A DNA stretch of 64,000 nucleotides from positions 5,969,365 to 6,033,364 of the forward strand of contig NC_068987.1 in NCBI RefSeq assembly GCF_001194135.2. Direction: 5' to 3'. Shown here one piece after another: positions 63,961 through 64,000 of the stretch (position 1 is the stretch's first letter; each line of letters starts with the position of its first letter). The position numbers and the translations under genes were made by a program. Below the pieces are notes generated by a model, which did not search any database, was not told the origin of the DNA, and saw only the letters and a program-made list of their open reading frames with translations. Origin of the DNA: Octopus bimaculoides. Taxonomy: Eukaryota.

Positions 63961-64000
63961 GTCATGAAATCTTATACCCATTAACTCTGCCAGTTGCTAT

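Overview
AT-rich eukaryotic genomic DNA dominated by repeats. From the recognisable tRNA-derived SINE families and the extreme (TA)n/(TG)n/(TGTA)n density I infer a cephalopod, most likely an Octopus draft scaffold. About 4.5 kb is N, in 15 gaps, most of them next to microsatellites. I could not identify any host protein-coding gene, rRNA, functional tRNA or CRISPR array; nearly all long ORFs in the track are microsatellite or N-gap artefacts. What the sequence does support: (i) roughly 40 copies or fragments of four SINE-like families, labelled A-D here as working names, several with clean target-site duplications; (ii) LINE remnants: L1/Tx1-type ORF1 and ORF2 pieces, an RTE fragment, and four R4/Dong-like restriction-like-endonuclease (RLE) 3' ends from two families; (iii) a Penelope-like RT fragment and two degenerate hammerhead-like motifs; (iv) Tc1/mariner remnants and MITEs; (v) mini- and microsatellites. 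The most interesting signal is a pair of related RLE retrotransposon families that seem to sit in different microsatellites, (TAA)n versus (TACA)n. A few weak splice-signal exon candidates are listed as findings only. Family assignments come from motif recognition, not database searches. Boundaries of degenerate copies are approximate (about +/-20 bp).
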